Assembly: GCA_041907825.1 (NCBI GenBank) | Contig: JAYRGN010000002.1 | Span: 381,281 to 445,280, forward strand | Origin: Bacteroidales bacterium | Lineage (GTDB): Bacteria > Bacteroidota > Bacteroidia > Bacteroidales > JAYRGN01 | Reading direction: 5' to 3' | DNA length: 64,000 nt | Part shown: positions 55,300 through 64,000 of the stretch, one piece after another | Position numbering within the stretch: position 1 is the stretch's first letter | How the letters are laid out: each line of letters starts with the position of its first letter | Program-made: the position numbers and the translations under genes | Notes under the pieces: model-generated | Told to the model about the DNA's origin: nothing | The model's input: only the letters and a program-made list of their open reading frames with translations | Databases searched by the model: none

Positions 55300-56238
55300 T
55301 TAAATAATAAAGTTGTTACTAATTGACTGATAGTTGTAAACTTTATTAATAGTGTCAGCAAATAAATCGGCTATCGAAATAACCTTAATTTTTGGACTTT
55401 CTTTTCGTAAAGGAATAGAATCTGTTACCAATACTTCAGAGATAAAAGAGCTTTCAATGCGGTCGTAGGCAGGGCCCGATAATACGGCATGCGATGCAAC
55501 AACACGTACACTTTTTGCACCTTCGTCGCGCATCATATTTGCAGCGGTTGTAATGGTTCCTGCCGTATCAATCATGTCGTCAATGATGATAACATTTTTA
55601 CCACTAATGTCTCCAATGACTTTGAATTCGTCAATCTGATTGGCTTTTTTGCGAAGCTTGTAGCAAATAACCATTTCGCTTTTCAGAAAACGGGAATATG
55701 CATTGGCTCGTTTTGAACCACCCATGTCGGGAGCTGCAATAACCAGATTGTCGAGATTGTAATTTTTAATATAAGGAACGAACAGCGATGAAGCGTAAAG
55801 ATGATCGACAGGCACGTCAAAGAAACCTTGAAGCTGGTCGGCATGCAAATCCATTGTCATAACACGGTCAACACCTGCAGCCGTAAGAAGGTTTGCAATT
55901 AATTTTGCTCCGATTGATGAACGAGGCTTGTCTTTGCGATCCTGACGTGCAAATCCGAAATAAGGAATAACAGCAACAATTCTTCCGGCAGATGCACGTT
56001 TTGCTGCATCAATAAGCAACAAAAGCTCCATCATGTTTTCGGCAGGAGGAAACGTTGACTGGATAATGAAAACGGTACAACCACGAACAGACTCGAGGTA
56101 GGATGGCTGAAATTCGCCGTCGCTAAAACGAAGTACGGAGGTTGCGCCCAGTTCGGTTCCAAAACTTTTAGCAATTTTTTCAGCTAAGTAAACCGATGAA
56201 GTACCGGCAAAGAATTTAATGGGTGAACGATGACTCAT
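55300..56238 (-). CDS. prs: Ribose-phosphate pyrophosphokinase
   Basis: 312 aa, ...YFGFARQDRKDKPR..., ...VIIIDDMIDTAGT... Confidence 0.96.
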   Translation of the reverse strand: MSHRSPIKFFAGTSSVYLAEKIAKSFGTELGATSVLRFSDGEFQPSYLESVRGCTVFIIQSTFPPAENMMELLLLIDAAKRASAGRIVAVIPYFGFARQDRKDKPRSSIGAKLIANLLTAAGVDRVMTMDLHADQLQGFFDVPVDHLYASSLFVPYIKNYNLDNLVIAAPDMGGSKRANAYSRFLKSEMVICYKLRKKANQIDEFKVIGDISGKNVIIIDDMIDTAGTITTAANMMRDEGAKSVRVVASHAVLSGPAYDRIESSFISEVLVTDSIPLRKESPKIKVISIADLFADTINKVYNYQSISNNFII

Positions 56239-56279
56239 TGGGCTATGACTTATGTTTCAATTGAATTTGAAATCGCTGG

Positions 56280-56287
56280 CAAATTTA
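56280..56287 (-). promoter_or_regulatory. Candidate -7 box (TAAATTTG) for prs
   Basis: Exact TAnnTTTG on the minus strand, 42 nt upstream of the prs ATG. Confidence 0.4.
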
Positions 56288-56315
56288 TAAATAATCGTAC
56301 GCATTGCGAAATAAA

Positions 56316-56921
56316 TTACTTTATAGAAGTTTTATTATAGATATCTTCTATGTAATCAAGTAATTCAGTGCGTCCTTCTTTTTCTTCGGATGAGGTTTGA
56401 AAAATTGGTGGTAATTCTTCCCATTCGGTTAACAGTGCGTTTTTAAGCAGTTCTAAATTGCTTTCGGCTACATTTTTTCCCAATTTATCGCATTTTGTCT
56501 GGACAATGGCAAATGGAATGCCTAATTCTCCCAACCGACGAAAAAAATCTAAATCGATGCGCTGTGGTTCAAGTCGTGAGTCAACCAGCACAAAAAGGCA
56601 GGTTAACTGAGTCCTTTTCTCAACATACTGCGTGATTGTTTTACCGAATTCGCTAAGCATTGTTTTGGAAACTTTGGCGTATCCGTAGCCGGGCAAATCG
56701 ACCAGAAACCAAGCGTCATTGATAATGAAATGATTTATCAATCTTGTTTTTCCTGGTTTTGAAGAAGTTTTGGCCAAACCTTTATGCCCTGTAAGCATAT
56801 TGATGAGCGACGATTTGCCGACGTTGGAACGACCGATGAATGCAAATTCGGGGCGCTTTTCGTCGGGACATTTTTTTACGTCGGTATTGCTGCAAACAAA
56901 TTTTGCACTGTGGATAATCAT
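56316..56921 (-). CDS. engB: Ribosome-biogenesis GTPase EngB/YsxC/YihA
   Basis: 201 aa, ...[18 protein letters not shown]..., [18 protein letters not shown]. Confidence 0.93.
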   Translation of the reverse strand: MIIHSAKFVCSNTDVKKCPDEKRPEFAFIGRSNVGKSSLINMLTGHKGLAKTSSKPGKTRLINHFIINDAWFLVDLPGYGYAKVSKTMLSEFGKTITQYVEKRTQLTCLFVLVDSRLEPQRIDLDFFRRLGELGIPFAIVQTKCDKLGKNVAESNLELLKNALLTEWEELPPIFQTSSEEKEGRTELLDYIEDIYNKTSIK

Positions 56922-56935
56922 CCTGTAATATTTTA

Positions 56936-57916
56936 TTAGCGGATATAAACTTCAAGTGCTTTAGCCGAAGGCTGAGGCATAAGTGTGAATTCTTTAAGCA
57001 TTGCCGGCACCAGTACCGTTTCTCCCTTGTTTACTCTTGTTCTTTCGCCTGACCGATATTCAACATCAAAGCTGCCTTCTATTCCTATATAAATAACAAA
57101 AGAGTCGATAAGATTAAAGTCGCATTCAATGGACGAATCAAAGCTGAGTGTATTTGTTGTGAAGTATTGACAATCAACAAGTTTAGTTGCTTTGTTCTGT
57201 TCGTTGGTGTATTCTGTTTTATATTCCGAATGGGCTTTGTAATCAATTACATCAACGGCAAGATCGGTATGTAATTCGCGGGCATTTCCTGCAGCATCGC
57301 GACGGTCGAAATCATAAATACGATATGTGATATCTGAAGTTTGCTGAATTTCGGCTAACAAGATACCTGCACCAATGGCATGAACACGCCCTGCCGGGAT
57401 AAAGAAGCAATCGCCTGGCGCAACTTTTTCGCTGTTAAGAATATCTTTTAGCGTGTTGTTTTTTAAATTATTGAGGTATTCGTCTTTAGTTACATCTTTT
57501 TTAAAGCCACAAATAAGTTCGGCATCCGGTTTGTTTCCGAGAATATACCACATTTCGGTTTTGCCGTAGGCGTTATGACGTTCTTTAGCGACTTTGTCGT
57601 CGGGATGTACCTGTATGGATAACACATCGTTAGCATCGATAAACTTAATGAGCAACGGGAATTCGATGCCAAATTTCTTGTAAACTTTATCACCTACTAA
57701 ATCGCCCATGTAAACTTCAGTAAGCTCCTGTATGTCATTTCCTTTTAAAAAACCATCGGAAACAACAGATAAATTCTTCTGAACACCCGATAATTCCCAG
57801 CTTTCGCCACTTTTATCAGAAGGAATGTCTTTCCCTAAAACAGTGTTAAGCTTTTTCCCTCCCCAGATTGATTCCTTAATTATCGGTTTGAATTTTAGAG
57901 GATAAAGTTCATTCAT
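56936..57916 (-). CDS. manA: Type I phosphomannose isomerase (mannose-6-phosphate isomerase, cupin fold)
   Basis: 326 aa, [20 protein letters not shown]..., ...LSIQVHPDD..., ...[11 protein letters not shown]... Confidence 0.88.
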   Translation of the reverse strand: MNELYPLKFKPIIKESIWGGKKLNTVLGKDIPSDKSGESWELSGVQKNLSVVSDGFLKGNDIQELTEVYMGDLVGDKVYKKFGIEFPLLIKFIDANDVLSIQVHPDDKVAKERHNAYGKTEMWYILGNKPDAELICGFKKDVTKDEYLNNLKNNTLKDILNSEKVAPGDCFFIPAGRVHAIGAGILLAEIQQTSDITYRIYDFDRRDAAGNARELHTDLAVDVIDYKAHSEYKTEYTNEQNKATKLVDCQYFTTNTLSFDSSIECDFNLIDSFVIYIGIEGSFDVEYRSGERTRVNKGETVLVPAMLKEFTLMPQPSAKALEVYIR

Positions 57917-57988
57917 CTCTTTATGTGTTTAATAATAAGTAGTCTGATCTTTTTTCGAACAGCTTTTTGTACATTCGTGTTTCGGGTG

Positions 57989-57996
57989 CAAAAGTA
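57989..57996 (-). promoter_or_regulatory. Candidate -7 box (TACTTTTG) for manA-engB
   Basis: Exact TAnnTTTG on the minus strand, 73 nt upstream of the manA ATG in the divergent manA/udk spacer. Confidence 0.4.
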
Positions 57997-58027
57997 ATTA
58001 AAATCGTGTAACAAGACGGAAATCACT

Positions 58028-58639
58028 ATGGTTATAGGTATTACAGGCGGTTCTGGTAGCGGGAAAACAACTGTTGTAAAGCAGATTGTGTCGCATCTTC
58101 CGGCAAATTGTGTGTCGGTTCTCTATCAGGATTCATATTATCGTGACAATAGTTCGTTGCCACTTGAAGAACGTCAGAAAATTAATTTTGATCATCCATC
58201 TTCAATAGAATTTGATCTATTACAGAAGCATTTACATGAATTAATGAGCGGTAGGTCGGTCAATCAACCCGAATATTCATTTGTAACCTGTACCCGACAG
58301 CCACAAGTACATCGAACGGAACCCTGTCCGGTGATAATCGTAGAAGGTATTTTGTTATTTGCCTGTGCAGAGCTTCTTCCTTTTTTCGATTTAAAAGTTT
58401 TTGTTGATGCAGATGCAGATGATCGCCTTGCCCGAATTATTCAACGTGATATGGAAGAGCGCGGACGCGGACTACAGACTGTTCTGCATCGTTACTATGA
58501 AACGGTAAAGCCCATGCATCTGCAATTTGTAGAACCCTATAAGCGATTGTCTGATATTATTATACCAGGCGGAGGCCATAATAATGTTGCGATCGATGCC
58601 ATTGTCCGATTTGCGTTACCTAAAATACAAAACCAATGA
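58028..58639 (+). CDS. udk: Uridine kinase
   Basis: 203 aa, MVIGITGGSGSGKTTV..., ...NFDHPSSIEFDLL... Confidence 0.95.
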   Translation: MVIGITGGSGSGKTTVVKQIVSHLPANCVSVLYQDSYYRDNSSLPLEERQKINFDHPSSIEFDLLQKHLHELMSGRSVNQPEYSFVTCTRQPQVHRTEPCPVIIVEGILLFACAELLPFFDLKVFVDADADDRLARIIQRDMEERGRGLQTVLHRYYETVKPMHLQFVEPYKRLSDIIIPGGGHNNVAIDAIVRFALPKIQNQ

Positions 58640-59370
58640 ACGATTTTCAGCGTATTTCCATCGATCAAATTTTATTTCTTGATATTGAAACGATTCCTCA
58701 ATTCTCTGATTTTGATCATTTAGACGAGGATTTCCGGTATTTATGGGACAAAAAATCATCGTTTTTTCGCAAGGATAGCGAAACCGCTTCCGACGTCTAT
58801 TCTCGTGCCGGTATTTATGCCGAGTTCGGGAAAATTGTCTGTATTTCGGTTGGATTGGTTCGCTTTCGAGATGGCGAACCTTTTTTGCGGTTAAAGTCGT
58901 TTTATGGCGATGATGAGCGACAGTTATTGCTTGATTTTATTGCTCTTGTAGATAAATTGTCGGATAAACCTATTTGGTTATGTGCTCATAATGGCAAAGA
59001 ATTCGATTTCCCATTTCTTTCCCGTCGTATGCTGGTTAATGGATTAATGTTGCCTGATGTTTTAAAAGTCGCAGGTAAGAAACCATGGGAGACAACGTTT
59101 TTGGATACCTTGGAGCTTTGGAAGTTTGGTGATTACAAAAATTATACAAGTTTGGAATTATTGACCAAACTTTTTGGAATAGCCTCTCCAAAAGACGATT
59201 TAGACGGGAGTATGGTTTGCTCTGTGTATTATAAAGAAAAGAATATCCGGAGAATAGTAAAGTATTGTGAAAAAGACGTAGTGGCTCTTACTCAGCTTTT
59301 TCTTCGCTTTAGAGGTGCTGAAATTATTTCTGTTGAACATATCGAATCGGCTACCGGACTAGCAGACTGA
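58636..59370 (+). CDS. RNase H-fold 3'-5' exonuclease-like protein (PolB-exonuclease-related family)
   Basis: 244 aa, ...ILFLDIETIP..., ...CAHNGKEFDFPFL..., ...YCEKDVVALTQL...; overlaps udk by 4 nt (ATGA). Confidence 0.75.
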   Translation: MNDFQRISIDQILFLDIETIPQFSDFDHLDEDFRYLWDKKSSFFRKDSETASDVYSRAGIYAEFGKIVCISVGLVRFRDGEPFLRLKSFYGDDERQLLLDFIALVDKLSDKPIWLCAHNGKEFDFPFLSRRMLVNGLMLPDVLKVAGKKPWETTFLDTLELWKFGDYKNYTSLELLTKLFGIASPKDDLDGSMVCSVYYKEKNIRRIVKYCEKDVVALTQLFLRFRGAEIISVEHIESATGLAD

Positions 59371-59397
59371 TTGTTTCTGTATAACACTTATTTTTTA

Positions 59398-60204
59398 CTA
59401 AAGATTAACGTTCTCTTCTTTTAGAAAATTAAGTAAAACTGCCAGAAATTGTTTGGGTTGCTCCGCATGAATCCAGTGTCCTGCATCAAAAATAGTTACC
59501 ATTTCCGCTTTTGGAAAAAACGATTTAATTATTTTTTCGTCAGAAGCCTGTAAATAATCAGACCGTTCTCCTTTGATAAAAAGAACGGGCTTGTCTAGTG
59601 TGCTATCCGAAACTATACTACCCATTACATTAGGCAAATTACGGCGCAGACCAGCAATATTAATTGTCCATTCGAAATGATTGTCACGGTGGACCAGATT
59701 TTTTAACAGAAAATGCCGGGTAGGAGCGTCAGTAACATAAACAGCAAGTTCTTCTTCGGCTTGTTGCCGGCTTTTGAGCAAGAGCGGATCAATAGAAATA
59801 AGACCACTCAGAATATTCATGTGTTCTGAAACCTGTTTTTCTGGCTCTGTCAGACTGAGGTAAGAGCGTGGTGAAATGTCAACTACAACAAGCTTTTCAA
59901 CTTTATCGGGATAGTCGAGCGCAAATTGCATGGCCGTTTTACCGCCCATAGAATGCCCGATTATTATGGCTTTGTTAAGTTGTAGTTTGTTAAGAAGCTC
60001 TGCAATATCCTCAGCCATTGCTTTATAGGAGTGCTCAGGTGAATGTGGTGAACGACCGTGATTGCGCATGTCAGGAATATAAACCCGATATGTTTCAGCA
60101 AGTTGTTTGGCAATGGTTTGCCAGTTGTCACTGGAACCATAAAGTCCATGTAAAATGATAAGCGGTTTTCCCTGATTTCCAAAAGTTTTGAAAAAAAGCT
60201 CCAT
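59398..60204 (-). CDS. Alpha/beta-fold hydrolase (esterase-like)
   Basis: 268 aa with nucleophile elbow IIGHSMGG and ...DAGHWIHAEQP... Confidence 0.85.
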   Translation of the reverse strand: MELFFKTFGNQGKPLIILHGLYGSSDNWQTIAKQLAETYRVYIPDMRNHGRSPHSPEHSYKAMAEDIAELLNKLQLNKAIIIGHSMGGKTAMQFALDYPDKVEKLVVVDISPRSYLSLTEPEKQVSEHMNILSGLISIDPLLLKSRQQAEEELAVYVTDAPTRHFLLKNLVHRDNHFEWTINIAGLRRNLPNVMGSIVSDSTLDKPVLFIKGERSDYLQASDEKIIKSFFPKAEMVTIFDAGHWIHAEQPKQFLAVLLNFLKEENVNL

Positions 60205-60210
60205 TGTTAA

Positions 60211-60924
60211 CTATTTCAGGCAGTCGAGATATTTTTGAATGGTTACGGGCAATCCCATATAAAGTGCATCAATAACCAACGCGTGACCAATCGAAACTTC
60301 GAGCAAATCCACAATGTTTTGCTGAAAATAAGTAAGATTGTCCAAGTTGAGATCGTGTCCGGCGTTGAGACCAAGTCCCAATTCTTTTGCTTTTTCCGAA
60401 GCTTTTATAAATGGTTCTATAGCGAGTTCTTTATTCTTGAAAAAATTAGAGGCAAAAGGCTCCGTATACAATTCAACTCGGTCAGCACCTGCACGAGCAG
60501 CTCCTTCAATGTTCTCAAAATCTGTTCCTGTGAAAATTGAAGCTCGAATGTTATTGTCTTTCAGTTGTTTTACAACTTTTTTCAGAAAATCCTGATTTTT
60601 AATGGTGTTCCATCCACTTGAAGATGTTAGAGCGTCGGGTGCGTCCGGTACAAGCGTTACCTGATGAGGTTTTACTTCACAAACCATTTTCATGAAAGCA
60701 TCTGAAGGGTATCCCTCGATGTTGAATTCTGTGTTTAGTATTGGTTTTAAATTGAATACATCACTTCGACGAATATGCCGTTCGTCTGGTCGTGGATGAA
60801 CGGTAATGCCCTGAGCTCCGCATTTTTCGCAAAACAAAGCAATTTTTTCGATGTCAGGATTATTTCCTCCCCGTGAATTCCGGATAAGGGCTATTTTGTT
60901 TATATTTACCGATAATCGAGTCAT
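60211..60924 (-). CDS. pdxJ: Pyridoxine 5'-phosphate synthase
   Basis: 237 aa, MTRLSVNINKIALIRNSRGG...HPRPDERHI...NAGHDLN... Confidence 0.95.
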   Translation of the reverse strand: MTRLSVNINKIALIRNSRGGNNPDIEKIALFCEKCGAQGITVHPRPDERHIRRSDVFNLKPILNTEFNIEGYPSDAFMKMVCEVKPHQVTLVPDAPDALTSSSGWNTIKNQDFLKKVVKQLKDNNIRASIFTGTDFENIEGAARAGADRVELYTEPFASNFFKNKELAIEPFIKASEKAKELGLGLNAGHDLNLDNLTYFQQNIVDLLEVSIGHALVIDALYMGLPVTIQKYLDCLK

Positions 60925-60947
60925 GGTCTATTTTTCATGATGAGACA

Positions 60948-60955
60948 CAAAAGTA
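60948..60955 (-). promoter_or_regulatory. Candidate -7 box (TACTTTTG) for pdxJ
   Basis: Exact TAnnTTTG on the minus strand, 23 nt upstream of the pdxJ ATG. Confidence 0.35.
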
Positions 60956-60976
60956 AGATTTTCCATTAAGGATATT

Positions 60977-61642
60977 ATGCTGGCAAAAGATTTGGTAAAT
61001 GATGCCGTTCCGGTTTTGCGAACTTCCGATACAGGGCATAAAGCTCTTACTTGGATGGGCGTTTTTCGCGTGTCTCATTTGCCCATTGTAAATAATACTG
61101 AATTTCTGGGGCTTATATCCGATCAGGATATTCATAACCTTGATAAACTTGAGGAGCCTATTGGCGGACATTGTTTGTCGCTTCAGCAGCCATATATTCT
61201 TGCTCATCAGCATTTACTGGAAGTTATGGCATTGGCCGGACGATTAGATTTGTCGGTTGTGCCGGTTCTTGATGAAAAGAAAAATTATCTGGGTGTAATA
61301 ACACAACGTGATCTGGTGCATGTTTTTGCCGATTTTATTTCGATAAAACAACCTGGAGCTATTGTTGTACTGGAGGTTAGTCAGCGTGATTATACTTTTG
61401 CACAAATTGCACAAATTGTTGAATCTAATGATGTTAAAATTTTAGCTTCGTTTGTTTCCGAGATGGAAGATTCAACAAGACTGGAAGTTGTACTTAAACT
61501 TAATACACACGATATTACATCGGTTTTACAAACTTTTGACCGGTATAACTATCTTGTAAAAGCATCGTTTTTGGACGATGATAAATTAGAAACAGTTTAT
61601 TCGGAACGCTATGATTTGTTGTTGCGCTATCTGAATGTATAA
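60977..61642 (+). CDS. CBS-domain pair protein
   Basis: 221 aa; two CBS-like units (...HLPIVNNTEFLGLISDQDI..., ...VVPVLDEKKNYLGVITQRDL...) plus a C-terminal extension. Confidence 0.8.
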   Translation: MLAKDLVNDAVPVLRTSDTGHKALTWMGVFRVSHLPIVNNTEFLGLISDQDIHNLDKLEEPIGGHCLSLQQPYILAHQHLLEVMALAGRLDLSVVPVLDEKKNYLGVITQRDLVHVFADFISIKQPGAIVVLEVSQRDYTFAQIAQIVESNDVKILASFVSEMEDSTRLEVVLKLNTHDITSVLQTFDRYNYLVKASFLDDDKLETVYSERYDLLLRYLNV

Positions 61643-61691
61643 TTGTTTTTAATATACTGAATGTAAATACTTTATATAAATTTAAGAATAC

Positions 61692-62567
61692 GTGAGAATT
61701 GCAATTTATGGAAATAAAATAAATACAGAGGTGGCTCCTTTTTTGGCCGCCTTTTTTACTACTTTAAGTTCAAGAGGAATTTTGTTTTCATTTTACGAGC
61801 CGTTTTATAAAAAATTCTGCGATTTTGTTTCGTTAGGGATTCCTGTTTCGTTCTTTAATTCAAAAAATGATTTTGATATAACTTCAGACATTCTTTTTTC
61901 GATCGGAGGGGATGGAACATTGCTAGACACTCTTGAATTTGTTTATGATCTTGAAATTCCGGTATTAGGAATCAATACCGGTAGGCTTGGCTTTTTAGCC
62001 AATATAACACCCGATAAACTTGATGAATTCGTTAATATTATTCAAAACAAAAAATTTAAGGTTGCCGAACGAAGTTTACTCCAGTGTAATGCCGATTTTA
62101 TAACGTCAGATATCGTTCCGTTGGCGCTAAATGAAGTTACTGTTCAGAAAAAAGGGCCGTCTATTATTGCCGTTCATGTGTGGTTAGATGGCGTTTTTAT
62201 GAATACATATTGGACTGATGGACTTATCGTTAGTACACCAACTGGCTCTACGGCATATTCAATGAGCGTTGGAGGACCTATCGCAGCTCCTGGGGCTGCT
62301 GTTTTTATAATTTCTCCAATAGCTTCGCATAATTTATCGGTTCGCCCATTGGTCGTACCTGACTGTTCTGAACTAAAATTAAAAATAGAATCACGTAACG
62401 GATTGTTTGTTACAACAATAGATCATCGTTCGATTGAAAGCGGTGACGTAAATCACGTTTTTATTAGAAAATCGCAGCATGTTTTTCGTTTACTTTACAT
62501 CGAAGGATCCGATTTTTTTTCGACCATTCGTCAAAAATTAATGTGGGGAGCCGATAAAAGGAACTAA
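61692..62567 (+). CDS. nadK: NAD+ kinase
   Basis: 291 aa, GTG start, ...LFSIGGDGTLL..., ...GLIVSTPTGSTAYSMSVGGPI... Confidence 0.93.
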   Translation: MRIAIYGNKINTEVAPFLAAFFTTLSSRGILFSFYEPFYKKFCDFVSLGIPVSFFNSKNDFDITSDILFSIGGDGTLLDTLEFVYDLEIPVLGINTGRLGFLANITPDKLDEFVNIIQNKKFKVAERSLLQCNADFITSDIVPLALNEVTVQKKGPSIIAVHVWLDGVFMNTYWTDGLIVSTPTGSTAYSMSVGGPIAAPGAAVFIISPIASHNLSVRPLVVPDCSELKLKIESRNGLFVTTIDHRSIESGDVNHVFIRKSQHVFRLLYIEGSDFFSTIRQKLMWGADKRN

Positions 62568-62677
62568 ATAAAACTTTAATTAGTTTAATTTTACAATTTA
62601 ATATAGGACAGTGCCTCGAATGTTAAATAAATAAAATGTAAAGTTTTTACAACGAGAGTATTTCTGAAAAGATAAAG

Positions 62678-63472
62678 ATGATTATTGTTCTAAAAAACAT
62701 AAAACCAATCGAAAAGAAAGGAGTTTTTATTAGTAAAAAACTTTTTCTTTTGAGTATTTTTCTGTTGTTTTTCACAGATAGCTTACTTTTTTCTCAGGCT
62801 TGGTGGAATATGAAATATGAAATTACTGGAAGTGTTTCTGCAAATTCTTTATTTTCTGATATAGGAGGAGCATCCAGCTCTTTGAGTATGACACGTCCGG
62901 GAGTTTCTTTTGGCTTGCGTTATAAAATAGATCCAAGATGGAGTGTAAGAAGTGATTTCGAATACAACATGTTCGCTGCGACAGATCAAGGTTCTAAAAA
63001 TGATACTCGTTCATTATCGGTAAGCACAAGTGCTATCGCTTTTGGTGGTCAATGTGAATATTCTATTATTCAGGAAGATAATGCTAAACGTAAGCGGTTG
63101 TCTTTTTCTGAAGGGCTTGTAAATTCTATTGGACTCTATAATTTATATGTGTTGGCTGGTTTTAGAATAATGTCTTATTCTCCGGTTCTTTCAAATCCTA
63201 AAAATCTGCATATTGCAGAGAACGAAACAATAACAGGACGTGGTATTGCGTTAATTATGCCAATAGGTGTCGGATTTAAGTATTTTATTAATAACAGGTT
63301 CTCTCTGACTACAGAGTTTTTGGCTTGTTTCTCTTCTTCCGATTATCTTGACGGGTACTCCTCAAAAGTGTATTCAAAGGCTAATGATTTTTTCTATCAG
63401 TTTAAATTTGGTTGTGCTTATAAATTATATACGGGTAAAAACGGATTGCCTTCTTTCAAGCCTCATCGCTGA
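62678..63472 (+). CDS. Putative outer-membrane beta-barrel-like protein (function unknown)
   Basis: 264 aa with a hydrophobic N-terminal signal (LFLLSIFLLFFTDSLLFSQA) and alternating aromatic/polar strand-like segments. Resembles the next ORF. Confidence 0.6.
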   Translation: MIIVLKNIKPIEKKGVFISKKLFLLSIFLLFFTDSLLFSQAWWNMKYEITGSVSANSLFSDIGGASSSLSMTRPGVSFGLRYKIDPRWSVRSDFEYNMFAATDQGSKNDTRSLSVSTSAIAFGGQCEYSIIQEDNAKRKRLSFSEGLVNSIGLYNLYVLAGFRIMSYSPVLSNPKNLHIAENETITGRGIALIMPIGVGFKYFINNRFSLTTEFLACFSSSDYLDGYSSKVYSKANDFFYQFKFGCAYKLYTGKNGLPSFKPHR

Positions 63473-63521
63473 TAGTTCGAGAGACTTAAAGATTTATTGT
63501 GCTTTAATTTTTTTATTACGA

Positions 63522-64000
63522 TTGAACCATAAAATTGCTAACCCCCTTTTCTATTTGCTTTTTATCAGTGCCTTTCTTTCATCACCTAAAATATGTGCTC
63601 AAAAGAAAGCCGATATTGGCATTCAGTTAGGATCTGCATCGTACATGGGTGATCTTAATCCTAATAATCCATTTAAATCGCCAAATCTTTTATTAGGTGC
63701 TAATTATCGTTATAATTTTAATTCTCGTTATCTTTTAAAAGCATCTTCTTCTTACCTCTCATTGTCAGCTTCCGATCCTGGATATGTTCTTCGTAATGAT
63801 TATCCGGGATTATCGGATAATTTTTCAGCTAAGCTTATAGATATTGATATACAGTTTGAATTTAATTTTCTGCCATTTACCTTTGCAGAACGAAAAGTCG
63901 GTTTTACGCCATATATCTCTGCGGGGATTGGATCAGCGTTGGTATTGAGCGGGCCTAAAGGAGGCGTTTATCCTACTTTACCATTTGCCGTTGGTGTTAA
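63522..64000 (+). CDS. Putative outer-membrane beta-barrel-like protein, paralogue of the previous gene (partial, runs off the right edge)
   Basis: The frame is open from before 63522 to the window end. A probable TTG start gives (M)NHKIANPLFYLLFISAFLSSPKICAQ followed by KKADIGIQLGSASYMGDLNPNNPF...LGANYRYNFNSRYLLKASSSY...; no ATG is available, so the start is uncertain. Confidence 0.6.
   Translation, partial: MNHKIANPLFYLLFISAFLSSPKICAQKKADIGIQLGSASYMGDLNPNNPFKSPNLLLGANYRYNFNSRYLLKASSSYLSLSASDPGYVLRNDYPGLSDNFSAKLIDIDIQFEFNFLPFTFAERKVGFTPYISAGIGSALVLSGPKGGVYPTLPFAVGV

Overview
Bacteroidota-type chromosomal window: AT-rich, many exact TAnnTTTG -7 boxes in intergenic DNA, and fusA followed directly by rpsJ with no tuf. 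No rRNA, tRNA or CRISPR array was seen.

Layout:
1. 1-11670 (minus strand): the first 3,890 codons of one giant ORF that runs off the left edge. It encodes a signal-anchored surface protein built from dozens of ~81-86-aa Cys-containing Ig-like modules. It is absent from the supplied ORF track because it has no in-window stop.
2. 12521-30052 (plus strand): a complete, colinear str-S10-spc-alpha ribosomal supercluster of 32 genes, rpsL to rplQ. It includes fusA, secY, infA, rpoA and the untracked 38-aa rpmJ. There is no adk or map; instead a 493-nt ORF-free gap lies between secY and infA, and a perfect hairpin lies between rplO and secY.
3. 30168-34832: eno, gltA and a UbiD-family decarboxylase, separated by clear hairpin terminators.
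4. 34.9-49.4 kb, a more accessory-looking block:
- a periplasmic beta-propeller/Y_Y_Y sensor fused to a SpoIIE/PP2C phosphatase;
- converging on it, with stop codons sharing one TTATAA, a membrane hybrid kinase-receiver whose kinase core is degenerate (H-box His replaced by Tyr, G-boxes missing) while its receiver is intact;
- a translationally coupled secreted pair (unknown protein plus transglutaminase-like protein);
- a lipid module: LysE exporter, OlsF-like bifunctional acyltransferase, and a convergent BASS transporter plus PlsC-like acyltransferase;
- a flavin-reductase-like protein and a PafA-like phosphatase.
5. 49423-50848: an IS3-family (IS150-like) element with an A7 slippery site and a frame-disrupted OrfB C-terminus. 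It sits between the two halves of a perfect 20-bp inverted repeat, which looks like a split bidirectional terminator.
6. 50.9-64 kb, housekeeping genes: hslR, an OmpR-type two-component pair, pth, rplY, prs, engB, manA, udk, an exonuclease-like gene, a hydrolase, pdxJ, a CBS protein, nadK and two tandem OMP-like genes.

I do not see a clear-cut novel multi-gene system such as a defence island. The best candidates for follow-up are the giant adhesin, the SpoIIE-sensor/pseudo-kinase pair, the aminolipid gene neighbourhood and the IS-split terminator.
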